Positions 10,423-21,081 of a stretch of 64,000 bases of DNA are shown here, one piece after another. The stretch lies in IMG/VR virus record IMGVR_UViG_3300017917_005385, one strand, 5' to 3'. This stretch comes from an uncultured virus (IMG/VR IMGVR_UViG_3300017917_005385) (Duplodnaviria; Heunggongvirae; Uroviricota; Caudoviricetes). Below the pieces are notes generated by a model. The model saw only the letters and a program-made list of their open reading frames with translations. It did not search any database and had not been told where the DNA came from. The translations under genes were made by a program, and so were the position numbers. Numbering within the stretch: position 1 is the stretch's first letter; each line of letters begins with the position of its first letter.

Positions 10423-10862
10423 TTGTAAAATAAGTTTACAATTAAATCATATGTTTCTTTGTGTAAGAAAAAATGATTAATTATTAAATACAAATATAAT
10501 AATGATTTTGAGAAAAGAAAAGAAAATAATAAAGTTCTATGAATAATATTCCATTTTATAGGCTTTAAAAATATTTTCAGTATGTTAGCTGATATAATTA
10601 AAAATAAAAAAACATACCAACTACTTGATAATAAACCAAAAATTACCCAAACTATTTCAAATAATGATAAAATTTTATTTGATTCTGAAATAGAATATTC
10701 TTTTTTTGTTCTGTAATCTTTTTTAATTGGTTTTCTACCAACCACTTTTTCATATTTCTCTATCCACTCTTTTATAGAGTATAATTTTCCAAATTTTAAT
10801 ATTGTAGATATAGTAGACAATAGTACTAAAATACCTATTATGTAATATATATGTTCTATCAT
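10419..10862 (-). CDS. Membrane protein
   Basis: Three to four hydrophobic segments. Confidence 0.7.
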   Translation of the reverse strand: MIEHIYYIIGILVLLSTISTILKFGKLYSIKEWIEKYEKVVGRKPIKKDYRTKKEYSISESNKILSLFEIVWVIFGLLSSSWYVFLFLIISANILKIFLKPIKWNIIHRTLLFSFLFSKSLLYLYLIINHFFLHKETYDLIVNLFYK

Positions 10863-10949
10863 AGATTTTATATCTATTAATTTTTATTTGTTTCCCAAAC
10901 AGAAGATGTAAATAATTATATATAGATAATAAAATTAATTGACAACTAA

Positions 10950-13664
10950 ATGGCATCTACACCACTTTATAAGTTTTTAAAGACTAACGGAACTTCATTT
11001 TATGCTTTTCCCGGAGCGGCTGAAGATATATCAGCGGCTTATCAAAATTCAAATTATAAAATGTATTTTTCAAAGTTTGCTTTGCTAAATTTCCCAAAGC
11101 AAAATTTAAATGCAGGGACAATGTCAAATCCTATAGTTTTTGATTTTGATAATTCTTTTCAAAAGTCTGTAAATTCCACTCCTCCAGGTAATTTTAGTGA
11201 TGCTATGGTAGAGTCGTTAAGAAACTATGTTGCTAACCAAGAAGTTGTAATTAGAGAAAGTAGATTAAATAATACTAAATATTATTATGATACTAATGCT
11301 TTAGAAACTCCTACAGAAAAGATATTTTTTAAATGGGCTAAAAAGCTTAATTTAATTGATTTTGAACCAGCTATCCCAGATGACGAATATTTTAGTAATT
11401 TGGCAGAGTTTCAAAGAATCAATATAAATGATGATAAGTATTTTCCAGAATACATTTGGAAAGAAAGAGAAGTAATTGCATGGGATTCTTTATCTTTTTA
11501 TCAAAGTGGTGTTTCTGGTTTTGGTTCTAAACTAGAAATTGAATTTTCAGCAACTACTAATTTTAAAGTTGGTGATAAAGTTAGAATATTTGATGTTAGT
11601 AACTCTATAATTTATAACACAACTGGATTAATAGGTTCAGAAACAAGTGAGGGTGTTCAAACTGATATTTTAGCTGTAGTTCCACCTACACCTACTCAAG
11701 GACAAAGAATAATTGTTGATATCAATACAACTATGTCTCAAGAGTTTGAAACAACAGGTCAAGTTGAGTTAGTATATAATAGACTTGTTCAATATATTGG
11801 TGAGATTACTGGTATATCTAATGTTCAAGAAGCAAATAGAAATTATACAGAAGTACAAGCACATATTCCAGACCATACTGGAGCAACGCCTGATATTCTA
11901 TTTAGAACTATGGTTGATGTAAACTATAAACCTAATTTAACATTTCCTATATTACCTAGTCAGTATCAACCGGAAATATTAGGAGCTGAGTTATTTAGTT
12001 CACCAATTGTTAGTGACCCTATAAATTATCCAGGTTCTTATTTTGCTCAATTTGATACTCCAGACTTTACATATGAAACAGCAACTGGTGATTCTATAAG
12101 AAGAAGTGGTAGTTATTTTGGTGTTACTGGTGATATCAATAATCCAATTGTTAATAGTGATACAATAGACGGTTTAGGAGTTGATTTTAATACAAGTCAC
12201 TATGTTAAGATGAATATTTTTAATAGAGTTTTAACTAACTTTGACCAGTTTAATGCTTTAGAGGTTAATAATACACCACCTTTAGATTTTGAGTTCAACG
12301 CAATACTTTGGTATTATACTGTACAAAAAACTGATGAGTCTGGTAACTTAGTTACAAGAACAAACTTATATGGTATTTCATTTTTAGATAATCCTAATAA
12401 CAATGTTTTAGATTCTGAAAAAGGTATAAGATTTCCTGTTTATAAAAAACTAGTTTCAAACGGTCAACAAGATGGTACTTCATATGCTTTTAGTTTAAAT
12501 TTAAACTTTAATATATTAAATGATAACCCTCAACAAGCTTATAATCCAGAGGCTATTAATTCATTATTTAGTATGAATTTGTTCAATCAAGCTATGAGTA
12601 GATTATCTGCCACAAATGATAGCTTTTTGAATCTTATATCAGAACAAGGTGTTTTAAGAGACCAAGTTGATGGTTTAAGACAATTACTTTATACTCAAAC
12701 TGATATATCAACTATTAACTCTAGAATCAATTCTCTTGAAAATTTACTAAGACTGTATTCTACAAATCAAATAGTTAGTACAGATAGTATACAAGCTGTT
12801 ACAAACCCTGGAACTCCTGTTTCAATATCGTTGTATAATAGAGAAACTTCATACTCTACAATCAATAATATTAAAACAACTGATTTATACTCAGCAACTG
12901 GTATAATACCATTGAATCTTACAGTTCCTACTAATAAAAATTTCTTATTAAATATTGTAAATAATGATGAAGTTGATTTAACTTTACCTAACAATGATAG
13001 GTTAACTATTGTTTTAGATAGAGATTTAGATTACAAGCAAAGTGTTGATATATTAATATCAGGTAGTCAATTAGCTTCTCAAAATAAGAAATTAGATATT
13101 TATATTAACACATCTATACCTTCAACTACTTCAACTACTTTAACAAGCACAGAAGCTTTACTTATTGGTGATATAGATTTGCCAGTTTATTTTAACACAG
13201 TAAATTCTTTACAGAATTCTGCCTATTTATGGTCTGACTTTAAATTTGATATTGATTTTAATCAAACTATTCAATATACAACTGGTGATATTTTAGAAAT
13301 ACCTCTTTCTGCAAATACATTACTTATAAATAATTCTATAAAACCTGGTGACACTTTTAGATTAAACAATTTATTTGTCGGTACTTCATCTGTATTTGAT
13401 TTCTCAGGTCAGTATAAAGTTGATTCTGTTGTTGGCTCAACAAGCTCTTACATCCGATTAAATGTTGATAGCAACTCTGACTTTGTTGCTTATGGATCAT
13501 CAGCCTCATTGCCACTTTATATACATGGAACATCATCTACTTTACTTTCAAATTATCCATATTTTACTTTAAATAAAGGTAAAAAAGTTAAAGTAACTAG
13601 AATTAACTCTTCTGATGTATCAATTTCTGAGAAATATCAAATAGAAGTTCAGGATATAAAATAA
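10950..13664 (+). CDS. Large virion structural protein
   Basis: 904 aa, beta-rich with short coiled coil, in a structural operon. Confidence 0.6.
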   Translation: MASTPLYKFLKTNGTSFYAFPGAAEDISAAYQNSNYKMYFSKFALLNFPKQNLNAGTMSNPIVFDFDNSFQKSVNSTPPGNFSDAMVESLRNYVANQEVVIRESRLNNTKYYYDTNALETPTEKIFFKWAKKLNLIDFEPAIPDDEYFSNLAEFQRININDDKYFPEYIWKEREVIAWDSLSFYQSGVSGFGSKLEIEFSATTNFKVGDKVRIFDVSNSIIYNTTGLIGSETSEGVQTDILAVVPPTPTQGQRIIVDINTTMSQEFETTGQVELVYNRLVQYIGEITGISNVQEANRNYTEVQAHIPDHTGATPDILFRTMVDVNYKPNLTFPILPSQYQPEILGAELFSSPIVSDPINYPGSYFAQFDTPDFTYETATGDSIRRSGSYFGVTGDINNPIVNSDTIDGLGVDFNTSHYVKMNIFNRVLTNFDQFNALEVNNTPPLDFEFNAILWYYTVQKTDESGNLVTRTNLYGISFLDNPNNNVLDSEKGIRFPVYKKLVSNGQQDGTSYAFSLNLNFNILNDNPQQAYNPEAINSLFSMNLFNQAMSRLSATNDSFLNLISEQGVLRDQVDGLRQLLYTQTDISTINSRINSLENLLRLYSTNQIVSTDSIQAVTNPGTPVSISLYNRETSYSTINNIKTTDLYSATGIIPLNLTVPTNKNFLLNIVNNDEVDLTLPNNDRLTIVLDRDLDYKQSVDILISGSQLASQNKKLDIYINTSIPSTTSTTLTSTEALLIGDIDLPVYFNTVNSLQNSAYLWSDFKFDIDFNQTIQYTTGDILEIPLSANTLLINNSIKPGDTFRLNNLFVGTSSVFDFSGQYKVDSVVGSTSSYIRLNVDSNSDFVAYGSSASLPLYIHGTSSTLLSNYPYFTLNKGKKVKVTRINSSDVSISEKYQIEVQDIK

Positions 13665-13711
13665 AGTGTCTTTAGATTTTAATATATATGTTAAAATAAA
13701 AAGATACATAT

Positions 13712-14857
13712 ATGTCAGTTGCATGTTCCACTAATTTATTTGGCACTAGAAGTCAGTTTATAAAAACTAATGGAGGTGATATTGTCGCAGTTGATGGGTC
13801 TGGCGTTAGAGAAAGACTTATACTATCCGATTTAAGAATACCTTACAAACAAATATTAAAAAGTAGAGTTATACTTAAAGTAGGACAAGCAAACTATTTA
13901 CTTAATCATTTAGGACTTGGTGATAATGCCACATTTTTAGCTATTAAAGCCGTTTATGATCCTAAATCTGTTATTGAGTCTGATAATTATATAAATTGGA
14001 GTTACTATGATGATTTAACTAGAATTAATCATTTTGCTGACTTTATGGTATTAACAGGAAACTCAGCAAATAGAGTTCCTCAAATATATTTAACTAATCC
14101 AAGTACTAAATATCCTGTTTATCTTGATGTTATGGTTGCTGTTATAGATGATACTTATTCTATATTTACAGATACATTAAATCAAACAGGAACTTCTTTT
14201 GTTGGTCTAGAGTATACAGATATTCATAGTCATATTGTTGGCTCTTCAATAGTTGTAAACGATAAGAGTTCACCAGTTAGACCACTAATTTATATAAATA
14301 TTAGTGATATAAATTCTATTCAAATAAGTGGTAGAATATTAATATTAGATGACTCTAGTAGAGGATCTTTATTCTTGGAATTTTTAACTGAAAATGATGC
14401 CTATCAAGCACACTCTTTAATAAACTATGTTCTTGAAAATCCTAATGTTGATATAGACTCTTTAAGTCCAGTTAGTGATAATTTAGATCCTGTTCTTTAT
14501 TTCTATGATACTGCTGGAGCTGGTGGTGATTATATATCACTTAATGGTGCTACTTATGGTGTACCTTATGATACAAGTGAGGGTTTAACATTCTCAACAA
14601 GTATATCTTTATCTACATATGGAACATCAAGTGGTTATATTGACAAATCACAGTTAATTTATTTATTAGTTGACTATATTGAAGATAACAGAGATGGTTA
14701 TATGTATATGATGCCTTCTAATTTAATTATATCTGGTACAGCTGGAACAACTGATAAAATATTAAATGTAGGCACATATTTACTTACATTTGATTTCTCT
14801 GATATAGCACATAACTATTTAGATGGGGTTAATATTAACTTGACTATAACTAATTAA
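13712..14857 (+). CDS. Putative structural protein
   Basis: 381 aa; TAATATATA 13680-13688 upstream; precedes fibre genes. Confidence 0.6.
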   Translation: MSVACSTNLFGTRSQFIKTNGGDIVAVDGSGVRERLILSDLRIPYKQILKSRVILKVGQANYLLNHLGLGDNATFLAIKAVYDPKSVIESDNYINWSYYDDLTRINHFADFMVLTGNSANRVPQIYLTNPSTKYPVYLDVMVAVIDDTYSIFTDTLNQTGTSFVGLEYTDIHSHIVGSSIVVNDKSSPVRPLIYINISDINSIQISGRILILDDSSRGSLFLEFLTENDAYQAHSLINYVLENPNVDIDSLSPVSDNLDPVLYFYDTAGAGGDYISLNGATYGVPYDTSEGLTFSTSISLSTYGTSSGYIDKSQLIYLLVDYIEDNRDGYMYMMPSNLIISGTAGTTDKILNVGTYLLTFDFSDIAHNYLDGVNINLTITN

Positions 14858-14877
14858 AAAATATAAAAAATGAGATA

Positions 14878-16722
14878 ATGAGTTTTACTTATAATAGATT
14901 TTTAAGACCTCTAACAATATCAGATACAAGTATTCAGATATTAGATGATAGCGGTGTTGTGGTTTATACTATTAACCCATTTGCGATATCATCACCTATG
15001 ATATCAAATAATTTACTTAGATTAAATTTTAAAAATGGTAAGATAATAACAATTAACTTTTCATCAACCAATGAGGCAAAATTAGCTTTAAGTAGATTAC
15101 AAGCTCAAATTGATGAGCTTGTTAGTAGAACTCCGCTTATTATAGATAAACAAATAAAGAATTATATAGATAATCAAATTGGTGGTAATAATCAGTTATC
15201 TGAAATTTTATCAAATGGTAGAGATGTTGATTCTGTAGGTGATATAAATGATGTTGATTCAAATGCATCTGTTAATTTTAACTCAAGATCATTACATGAT
15301 GTAAATGGCTCAGAAATTTTAAATTGGTCATCTTCAAGCCAAGGTTTGATTTATTCTGATAATTATTCTTCTGGATTTATAACACAATCTTTAGTTGATA
15401 AAGGTTATGTTGATTCAGGTACCTCTTCTATCTGGTCTTACATAAGTGTAATGAGTGCTAATACAAGTGGTACAAGTGGCTCATCAGGAACATCTGGATT
15501 AGATGGATCTTCTGGTACAAGTGGTACATCAGGATCTAGTGGTACATCAGGATCTAGTGGATCATCAGGATCTAGTGGTACAAGTGGATCATCAGGATCT
15601 AGTGGTACAAGTGGATCATCAGGATCTAGTGGTACAAGTGGATCATCAGGATCTAGTGGTTCAAGTGGCTCATCAGGATCAAGTGGATCTTCTGGTACAT
15701 CAGGATCATCAGGATCAAGTGGATCATCAGGATCAAGTGGCTCATCAGGATCAAGTGGCTCATCAGGATCAAGTGGATCTTCTGGTACATCAGGATCAAG
15801 TGGTACATCGGGTCTTACTGGATCTACCGGATCTTCAGGAACATCAGGAACAAGTCCTGCCATGGGTTCTTTAAACTACAGCCAAAACAAAGGTTCAAAA
15901 GTAACTGTATTAAACGGTGCTACTGTTCCATATACTGTAATTACAACTTCTATAACTACAAATGGTGGTCCTGTTCAAGTAATTGTTAGTGGTGATGCTA
16001 ATCCAACCTCAACAGGTGGTTGGGGTAGATTGGCAATTTATAGAGATAATACAAAAGTTGGACAAGAAGTTCAATATGAGTCAAATGGTGGAAATGAGAA
16101 TAATCCTTACTGTTTGCAAGTAATAGATACACCTTCACAAGGAACTTATATTTACAGCTTAAAGGTTACAGCAATTACAGGTACTGCTGAATTTGGAGAG
16201 ACTGAAGGTCCGATTATTTCAGTTGTTGAATTACAAAATGTTATAGGTGCTACTGGTGGTAGTGGTAGTTCTGGTACATCTGGTACTACTCCTACTACAA
16301 GTTTATCTTTATCAGAGAATTTAACAGTTAATGGAACTTCTTCATTTAATGGTTTAACTGTTTTACAAGAAGTTACTGAAGTTATAAATTCAACACCTGG
16401 TGCTACGGCATCAACAATTGTTTATGATTTCTCATCTGGATCTAATTGGTATCACTCATCCGCTACTACTAACTATACTGCTAATTTTACAAATATTCCA
16501 ACAACCGATAACAGAGCAACAACTGTAACGATTGTTATAAATCAAGGAGCCACAGCTTATATACCAACTGCTGTTCAAATAGGTGGTGCTGGTCAAACAA
16601 TTAAATGGGCTGGTGGTACCGCATCAGGAACAGCAAATCAAGTTGATATAGTTGGATTTACATTTATCAGAAGTGGTGGTTCTTGGGCTCAAGTCTTAGG
16701 ACAAATAAACACTTTTGATTAA
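14878..16722 (+). CDS. Collagen-like (G-S-S/G-T-S) fibre protein
   Basis: Long Gly-X-Y repeat; C-terminal fibre-type domain (IKWAGG..DIVGF). Confidence 0.8.
   Translation: MSFTYNRFLRPLTISDTSIQILDDSGVVVYTINPFAISSPMISNNLLRLNFKNGKIITINFSSTNEAKLALSRLQAQIDELVSRTPLIIDKQIKNYIDNQIGGNNQLSEILSNGRDVDSVGDINDVDSNASVNFNSRSLHDVNGSEILNWSSSSQGLIYSDNYSSGFITQSLVDKGYVDSGTSSIWSYISVMSANTSGTSGSSGTSGLDGSSGTSGTSGSSGTSGSSGSSGSSGTSGSSGSSGTSGSSGSSGTSGSSGSSGSSGSSGSSGSSGTSGSSGSSGSSGSSGSSGSSGSSGSSGSSGTSGSSGTSGLTGSTGSSGTSGTSPAMGSLNYSQNKGSKVTVLNGATVPYTVITTSITTNGGPVQVIVSGDANPTSTGGWGRLAIYRDNTKVGQEVQYESNGGNENNPYCLQVIDTPSQGTYIYSLKVTAITGTAEFGETEGPIISVVELQNVIGATGGSGSSGTSGTTPTTSLSLSENLTVNGTSSFNGLTVLQEVTEVINSTPGATASTIVYDFSSGSNWYHSSATTNYTANFTNIPTTDNRATTVTIVINQGATAYIPTAVQIGGAGQTIKWAGGTASGTANQVDIVGFTFIRSGGSWAQVLGQINTFD
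15462..15856 (+). repeat. 9-nt-period coding repeat (GGA TCA TCA / GGT ACA AGT variants) with longer perfect units
   Basis: e.g. gtggatcatcaggatctagtggtacaa repeated in tandem; encodes (GSS/GTS)n. Confidence 0.9.
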
Positions 16723-16723
16723 T

Positions 16724-18793
16724 ATGCTAAGTAGATTGTCATCATTCTCTGGACCTTTATCACCAGCTTTTAGAATACCAATTGGTGGATTTACTACTAA
16801 TGGACTTATATTGAGATATATTATTGGTGATACTAATTCTTATAATCAAGGAACAAGTTTAACGGATCTACAGGGTAATTCTAATGGAACTTTAGTGAAT
16901 GGTTCAACTTACTCATTAAATGGATATCTTAATTTTGATGGTAGTAATGATTATTTAATGACCAACACATCACTTAATTCTAAATTATCACCAAACACCT
17001 CATCAAATATAATTTCTGTCTTTACTTGGTTTTATCCAGAAGATAATGGTGTTATTGTAACTGAACAGGGAAGTTCATCTTTAAACAGTGGGTGGCACAC
17101 ATCTATTATTGAGGTGTTATCGAGTCAGTTAAAGTTTTGTTTATGGTCAGACTTAGGAAATCCTATTGGTCATATTATAACATATTCAATTTCTCTCTAT
17201 AATTGGTACTATGTTGGATTAACATATGATGGAACAACATTAAGGGCGTATGTTAATGGTCAAATAGTAGGAACTTCTGTTTTTACTAGATCTACACCTA
17301 ATCCAACAAATGGTCTTCATTATGCTATAGCTGCTAATGATTCTACAGATTTAGACGGTCAAGTTTTTTCTGGACCTGGTGGCACTTATGCTAAAATGAA
17401 GTTTGGTGATTTTCATGTTTATAACACAGCTCTTACTCAACAACAAATTCTTAATAATTACAATTATACTAAATCCAATTATATTTATACAGGTAGTATG
17501 TCTATTTGGATTGATGCAAATGACCCTGAGAGTTTTTCAGGTGGCTTAGTTAATGATTTAAGTGGTAATAACTATAATCATACTTTAACATCAGGTGCTA
17601 CATCATCTACAGTATTTGGTTTCAAATCTTTTGATTGTTCAACTGGTGATAAAAGAATTGTAGTGAATGGCACAGGACCTACATTACCGACAACCGGATA
17701 CACATATGTTGTCTGGTCAAGACTTGTAAGTGATAATTTCTCATCATTTAGAACTTTACTTTATACAAATTCACCTAAATACACACCTATTACTATTACT
17801 AATGGAACAAATACACTGGGATATTGGGACTCATCATTTAGAACTTCTGGATATGGTCTAACATCTTCTGTTGATGTCTGGGTTCAATATGCTGTTGTTG
17901 GAGACAATTCATCACAAACATTCTATATAAACGACACACAGGTAGGAAACACAATTTCTTATGGAGCTGGTGGAACTACACACTGGGGACTAGGTGGTAA
18001 CGATACAGCTACTCAGCCTTTTGGTTATGTTGGAAATATGATGTTTTATAATAAAAAGCTAACACAGATTGAGATTAAACAAAATTATGATGCTCTTAAA
18101 AATGTCTATAAGAATGGTGATTTTGTAGTCAATAATTTAAAGCTTTATTTTAATCCTGCTAGTTATCTAAGCTATCCAAATTCTGGAACAACTGTTACTG
18201 ATTTAAGTGGAAATTCTCTAAATGGTACTTTATCAAATGTCACTTTTAATAAAACATATTTTACATTTAACGGTTCTAATTCTCAAATTGCTATTACTGA
18301 CAATGCTTTACTAGAACCGGGTTCGGGAGATTGGACTATGGAGGTTTGGATTAAACCTACATCTCTCTCAGCGGCTGGACAAGTGGTTTTAGGTAAGTTT
18401 GATCCAGGTGGTCTATCCGCTGATATATCATATGCGATTAGAATTAGTAGTAGTAATATTAGAGCGGATTTTAGTAATGGGTCTAGCGCTGTAACTACAT
18501 CTAATTATACTTTATCATTAAACACTTGGATTCACCTAACTTATGTATTTAATAATGTTTTAAATAATAATATAATAACATATATAAATGGTGCTTCATA
18601 TAGTACCACAACTCATAGCTTTGCTAGTATATTAAATACATCAGCTAATCTTTATTTAGGCTCATATAATAATGGTGAATATCCTCAGTATTTTACTGGT
18701 CAGATGGGTATAGTAAGATTATATAGTTCTGCTTTAAGTTCTTCAGATGTTTCTAAAAACTTTGAAGCTAATAGAGGTATTTACGGAATTTAA
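16724..18793 (+). CDS. Tandem LamG/concanavalin-like domain protein (putative receptor-binding or decoration protein)
   Basis: Three repeats of DLSGN..FDG..W....TYDG....YVNG..YN.AL; start ATG 16724. Confidence 0.85.
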   Translation: MLSRLSSFSGPLSPAFRIPIGGFTTNGLILRYIIGDTNSYNQGTSLTDLQGNSNGTLVNGSTYSLNGYLNFDGSNDYLMTNTSLNSKLSPNTSSNIISVFTWFYPEDNGVIVTEQGSSSLNSGWHTSIIEVLSSQLKFCLWSDLGNPIGHIITYSISLYNWYYVGLTYDGTTLRAYVNGQIVGTSVFTRSTPNPTNGLHYAIAANDSTDLDGQVFSGPGGTYAKMKFGDFHVYNTALTQQQILNNYNYTKSNYIYTGSMSIWIDANDPESFSGGLVNDLSGNNYNHTLTSGATSSTVFGFKSFDCSTGDKRIVVNGTGPTLPTTGYTYVVWSRLVSDNFSSFRTLLYTNSPKYTPITITNGTNTLGYWDSSFRTSGYGLTSSVDVWVQYAVVGDNSSQTFYINDTQVGNTISYGAGGTTHWGLGGNDTATQPFGYVGNMMFYNKKLTQIEIKQNYDALKNVYKNGDFVVNNLKLYFNPASYLSYPNSGTTVTDLSGNSLNGTLSNVTFNKTYFTFNGSNSQIAITDNALLEPGSGDWTMEVWIKPTSLSAAGQVVLGKFDPGGLSADISYAIRISSSNIRADFSNGSSAVTTSNYTLSLNTWIHLTYVFNNVLNNNIITYINGASYSTTTHSFASILNTSANLYLGSYNNGEYPQYFTGQMGIVRLYSSALSSSDVSKNFEANRGIYGI

Positions 18794-18811
18794 TAATTTA
18801 ATATATAGATT

Positions 18812-19777
18812 ATGATTAAAAGATATTTAGACTTTGTAAAAGAAGATTTTAATGGATTTCATTCACTTGGTGAGTGGATTGAATCATTGATAGATGATGA
18901 GTATGTTAGAAATATAGTAGCTCGTTATACAAAAGATTCAGATGCTTCTATTGACTTATCTAATGCTATTAATATCTTAGATGATAAGACCAAAAATGAA
19001 ATTAAATATCAAATTGATAATTACTTACAAAATGGCATTGAAGAGAAAGAACCTCAATTTTTAGTATCTACTGACATTGAGCAATTAACAGAAGCATTAG
19101 CCGATGAAATTACAATTGCTGGTAAAGGTATATTTACATCTTTCTTAAAGTCATTAACCAGTTTGGGTCAGAAAGAAAGTCAACCTTCCTTTGAAAAATG
19201 TCCAGAAGACTTCTTATTATACTATCATTATCCAAATCTTCAATCTGAAGTAGTTAAACAAATATTTTCAAGATTTAAATCACTAACAAGATATATTGAT
19301 TTAGTTGATTATCAAAAAAATGAAGTTGATTTATACTTCGGTGTTAGATGTGATGGTGAGTTTGAGTATGGACTACATTATGATAATAATCAACCAATTG
19401 GTAGATTCAAATTATCACAGTCTACAATTAAGTGGATTTGCCAATTAGATTCTAAATCAGCTTCTTCTTTAAAAAAAGAACTAGTTAATTTAACATATGC
19501 TGATATCATAACATTTGGTAAGATTAAATCAGATATGTCTTCATTTCAACCTGGTTATTTTGAAAAGAAATTATCACCAACTATAAAAGATAGAGTTATA
19601 TCTTTTGGATATTACGGTATTGGTAGATGGGATAATGGTAAATTAGACGAAGGTGAGTTTCAGAATATTAAAAATAACTTCACTACTTGGTTACTTTCTA
19701 AGAGATGGGGTAGTAAAGTTTTAATAAGTGTTAAACCAATGTCCTTTTGGGTTTATCTACACATAAAATTAAAATAA
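18812..19777 (+). CDS. Putative capsid-internal protein (CTS-like N-terminus)
   Basis: MIKRYLDFVKE; TAATATATA 18799-18807. Confidence 0.7.
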   Translation: MIKRYLDFVKEDFNGFHSLGEWIESLIDDEYVRNIVARYTKDSDASIDLSNAINILDDKTKNEIKYQIDNYLQNGIEEKEPQFLVSTDIEQLTEALADEITIAGKGIFTSFLKSLTSLGQKESQPSFEKCPEDFLLYYHYPNLQSEVVKQIFSRFKSLTRYIDLVDYQKNEVDLYFGVRCDGEFEYGLHYDNNQPIGRFKLSQSTIKWICQLDSKSASSLKKELVNLTYADIITFGKIKSDMSSFQPGYFEKKLSPTIKDRVISFGYYGIGRWDNGKLDEGEFQNIKNNFTTWLLSKRWGSKVLISVKPMSFWVYLHIKLK

Positions 19778-19779
19778 CT

Positions 19780-20241
19780 ATGAAACATTTAAAGAAATTT
19801 GAAAGTTTAGGACTTATTAAAGATTGGAATTTACTTTTATCTGATGAGGATTTCAAAAAGAATGCTGAGGAGTTTGACAGTATTGTTGAAGCTTATATTG
19901 AATATGCTCAAGAGGGTTATGAAATATCATTTGAAACTGCTTATGGTACAAGAGTAATCATTTCTTGGAATGACTATAATAGTAAAAATGAAAAGTATCA
20001 AGAATTTATACACGGTCTTGGAGCTAGAGGTTTCTTCTTTACATCAAAGATAAAATTACCTTATGATTATAGTAAACTTCAATCTCTTTTAGAAGATGTT
20101 CAAAGTTGTGTAGATAGATTAAGTGATATGGGTTGGATTTTAGTTGAATTTAAAGTTATTGGAATATCACCTGATAATAAAATAACACATAGTGAATATA
20201 ACCCGTCTCATATCAGGGTTGAACATGAATTTAAAAAGTAA
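19780..20241 (+). CDS. Putative capsid-internal protein (CTS-like N-terminus)
   Basis: True start ATG 19780 MKHLKKFES. Confidence 0.7.
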   Translation: MKHLKKFESLGLIKDWNLLLSDEDFKKNAEEFDSIVEAYIEYAQEGYEISFETAYGTRVIISWNDYNSKNEKYQEFIHGLGARGFFFTSKIKLPYDYSKLQSLLEDVQSCVDRLSDMGWILVEFKVIGISPDNKITHSEYNPSHIRVEHEFKK

Positions 20242-20251
20242 TATATACATT

Positions 20252-20563
20252 ATGAAATACTTAAAGAAATATAATGAAAACTCAGAACAACAAGATCCTA
20301 TTTTTGCTATAACAAAGATTAAGGAAAACTTTAGCAAAGAAGAGGTTCAGGAAATGCTGAATAAAGAAATTGAACAATGGACACCGGAAGAAAAAGACTT
20401 TGATTTTTATACAAGTTCTGGTAATGGCGAAGCTGAAGATGTTATTATAAATCAAATGATTTCTTGGTTTGAGAAAAAGTATTATTCTCTATCCGATGAA
20501 AACTCAGAAGAAGTTAAACAACTGATTCTAAAAGAATATGAGTTTCTAAACTTTAACTATTAA
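20252..20563 (+). CDS. Putative capsid-internal protein (CTS-like N-terminus)
   Basis: True start ATG 20252 MKYLKKYNEN; TAATATATA 20239-20247. Confidence 0.7.
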   Translation: MKYLKKYNENSEQQDPIFAITKIKENFSKEEVQEMLNKEIEQWTPEEKDFDFYTSSGNGEAEDVIINQMISWFEKKYYSLSDENSEEVKQLILKEYEFLNFNY

Positions 20564-20572
20564 ACTATAAAC

Positions 20573-20605
20573 AAAAACTTTTCTATAACAAGAAAAGTTT
20601 TTTTT
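20573..20605 (+). terminator. Hairpin/terminator overlapping a putative -10 element
   Basis: AAAAACTTTTCT-ATAACA-AGAAAAGTTTTT followed by a T run. Confidence 0.6.
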
Positions 20606-20610
20606 GTTTT

Positions 20611-21081
20611 ATGAAACAGCCAAGTAAAGAAGATTTAATAAAAAAATGGGCACCTATTTTAGGGTCTATGGGTATGACTGGTTCACAATTAGATAATTTA
20701 TCACAGTTAGCCGAAAATCAGTCTAATCAAATATTAGAAGAAGAAAATAAAACTGAAGAGTTTCCAAGTTTATTTCCAATGGCTATGAAAATCTCAGCAA
20801 AAACTATTGGAATGGATTTAGTATCCGTTCAACCAATGACTGGACCAGGTGGAATGTCTGAAGAAGAAAGAAAAAGAATTGAAGCTGAAGTTAAACAAGA
20901 GAATCGTGATTCTAAAATTGACGCTTTAGTAGAAGGAACTGAATACAATGAAAAGAAAGTAGAAGACCATCCTGATTATAGACCTGGTAGTGGCGGTCAA
21001 TTATTTTATATGGATTATACATATGGTTCCACACATAAGAAAACAAGAAGAAGTAAAAAGAAGAAAAATGGCGGTATTTAA
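20611..21081 (+). CDS. Truncated gp23-like major capsid protein fragment with inserted RxxKI tag
   Basis: LIKKWAPIL, PMAMKISAKTIGMDLVSVQPMTGP..GQLFYMDY resemble the gp23 N-terminal half; the insertion contains RDSKIDALV; only 156 aa. Confidence 0.7.
   Translation: MKQPSKEDLIKKWAPILGSMGMTGSQLDNLSQLAENQSNQILEEENKTEEFPSLFPMAMKISAKTIGMDLVSVQPMTGPGGMSEEERKRIEAEVKQENRDSKIDALVEGTEYNEKKVEDHPDYRPGSGGQLFYMDYTYGSTHKKTRRSKKKKNGGI

Noticed and set aside
15462..15856. Tandem repeats as a possible CRISPR array
   Set aside because: No unique spacers; in-frame coding repeat with 9-nt period
15438..15874. Alternative-frame ORFs (PLDPDD repeats on -, HQDLVV repeats on +)
   Set aside because: Shadows of the GSS repeat in the fibre gene
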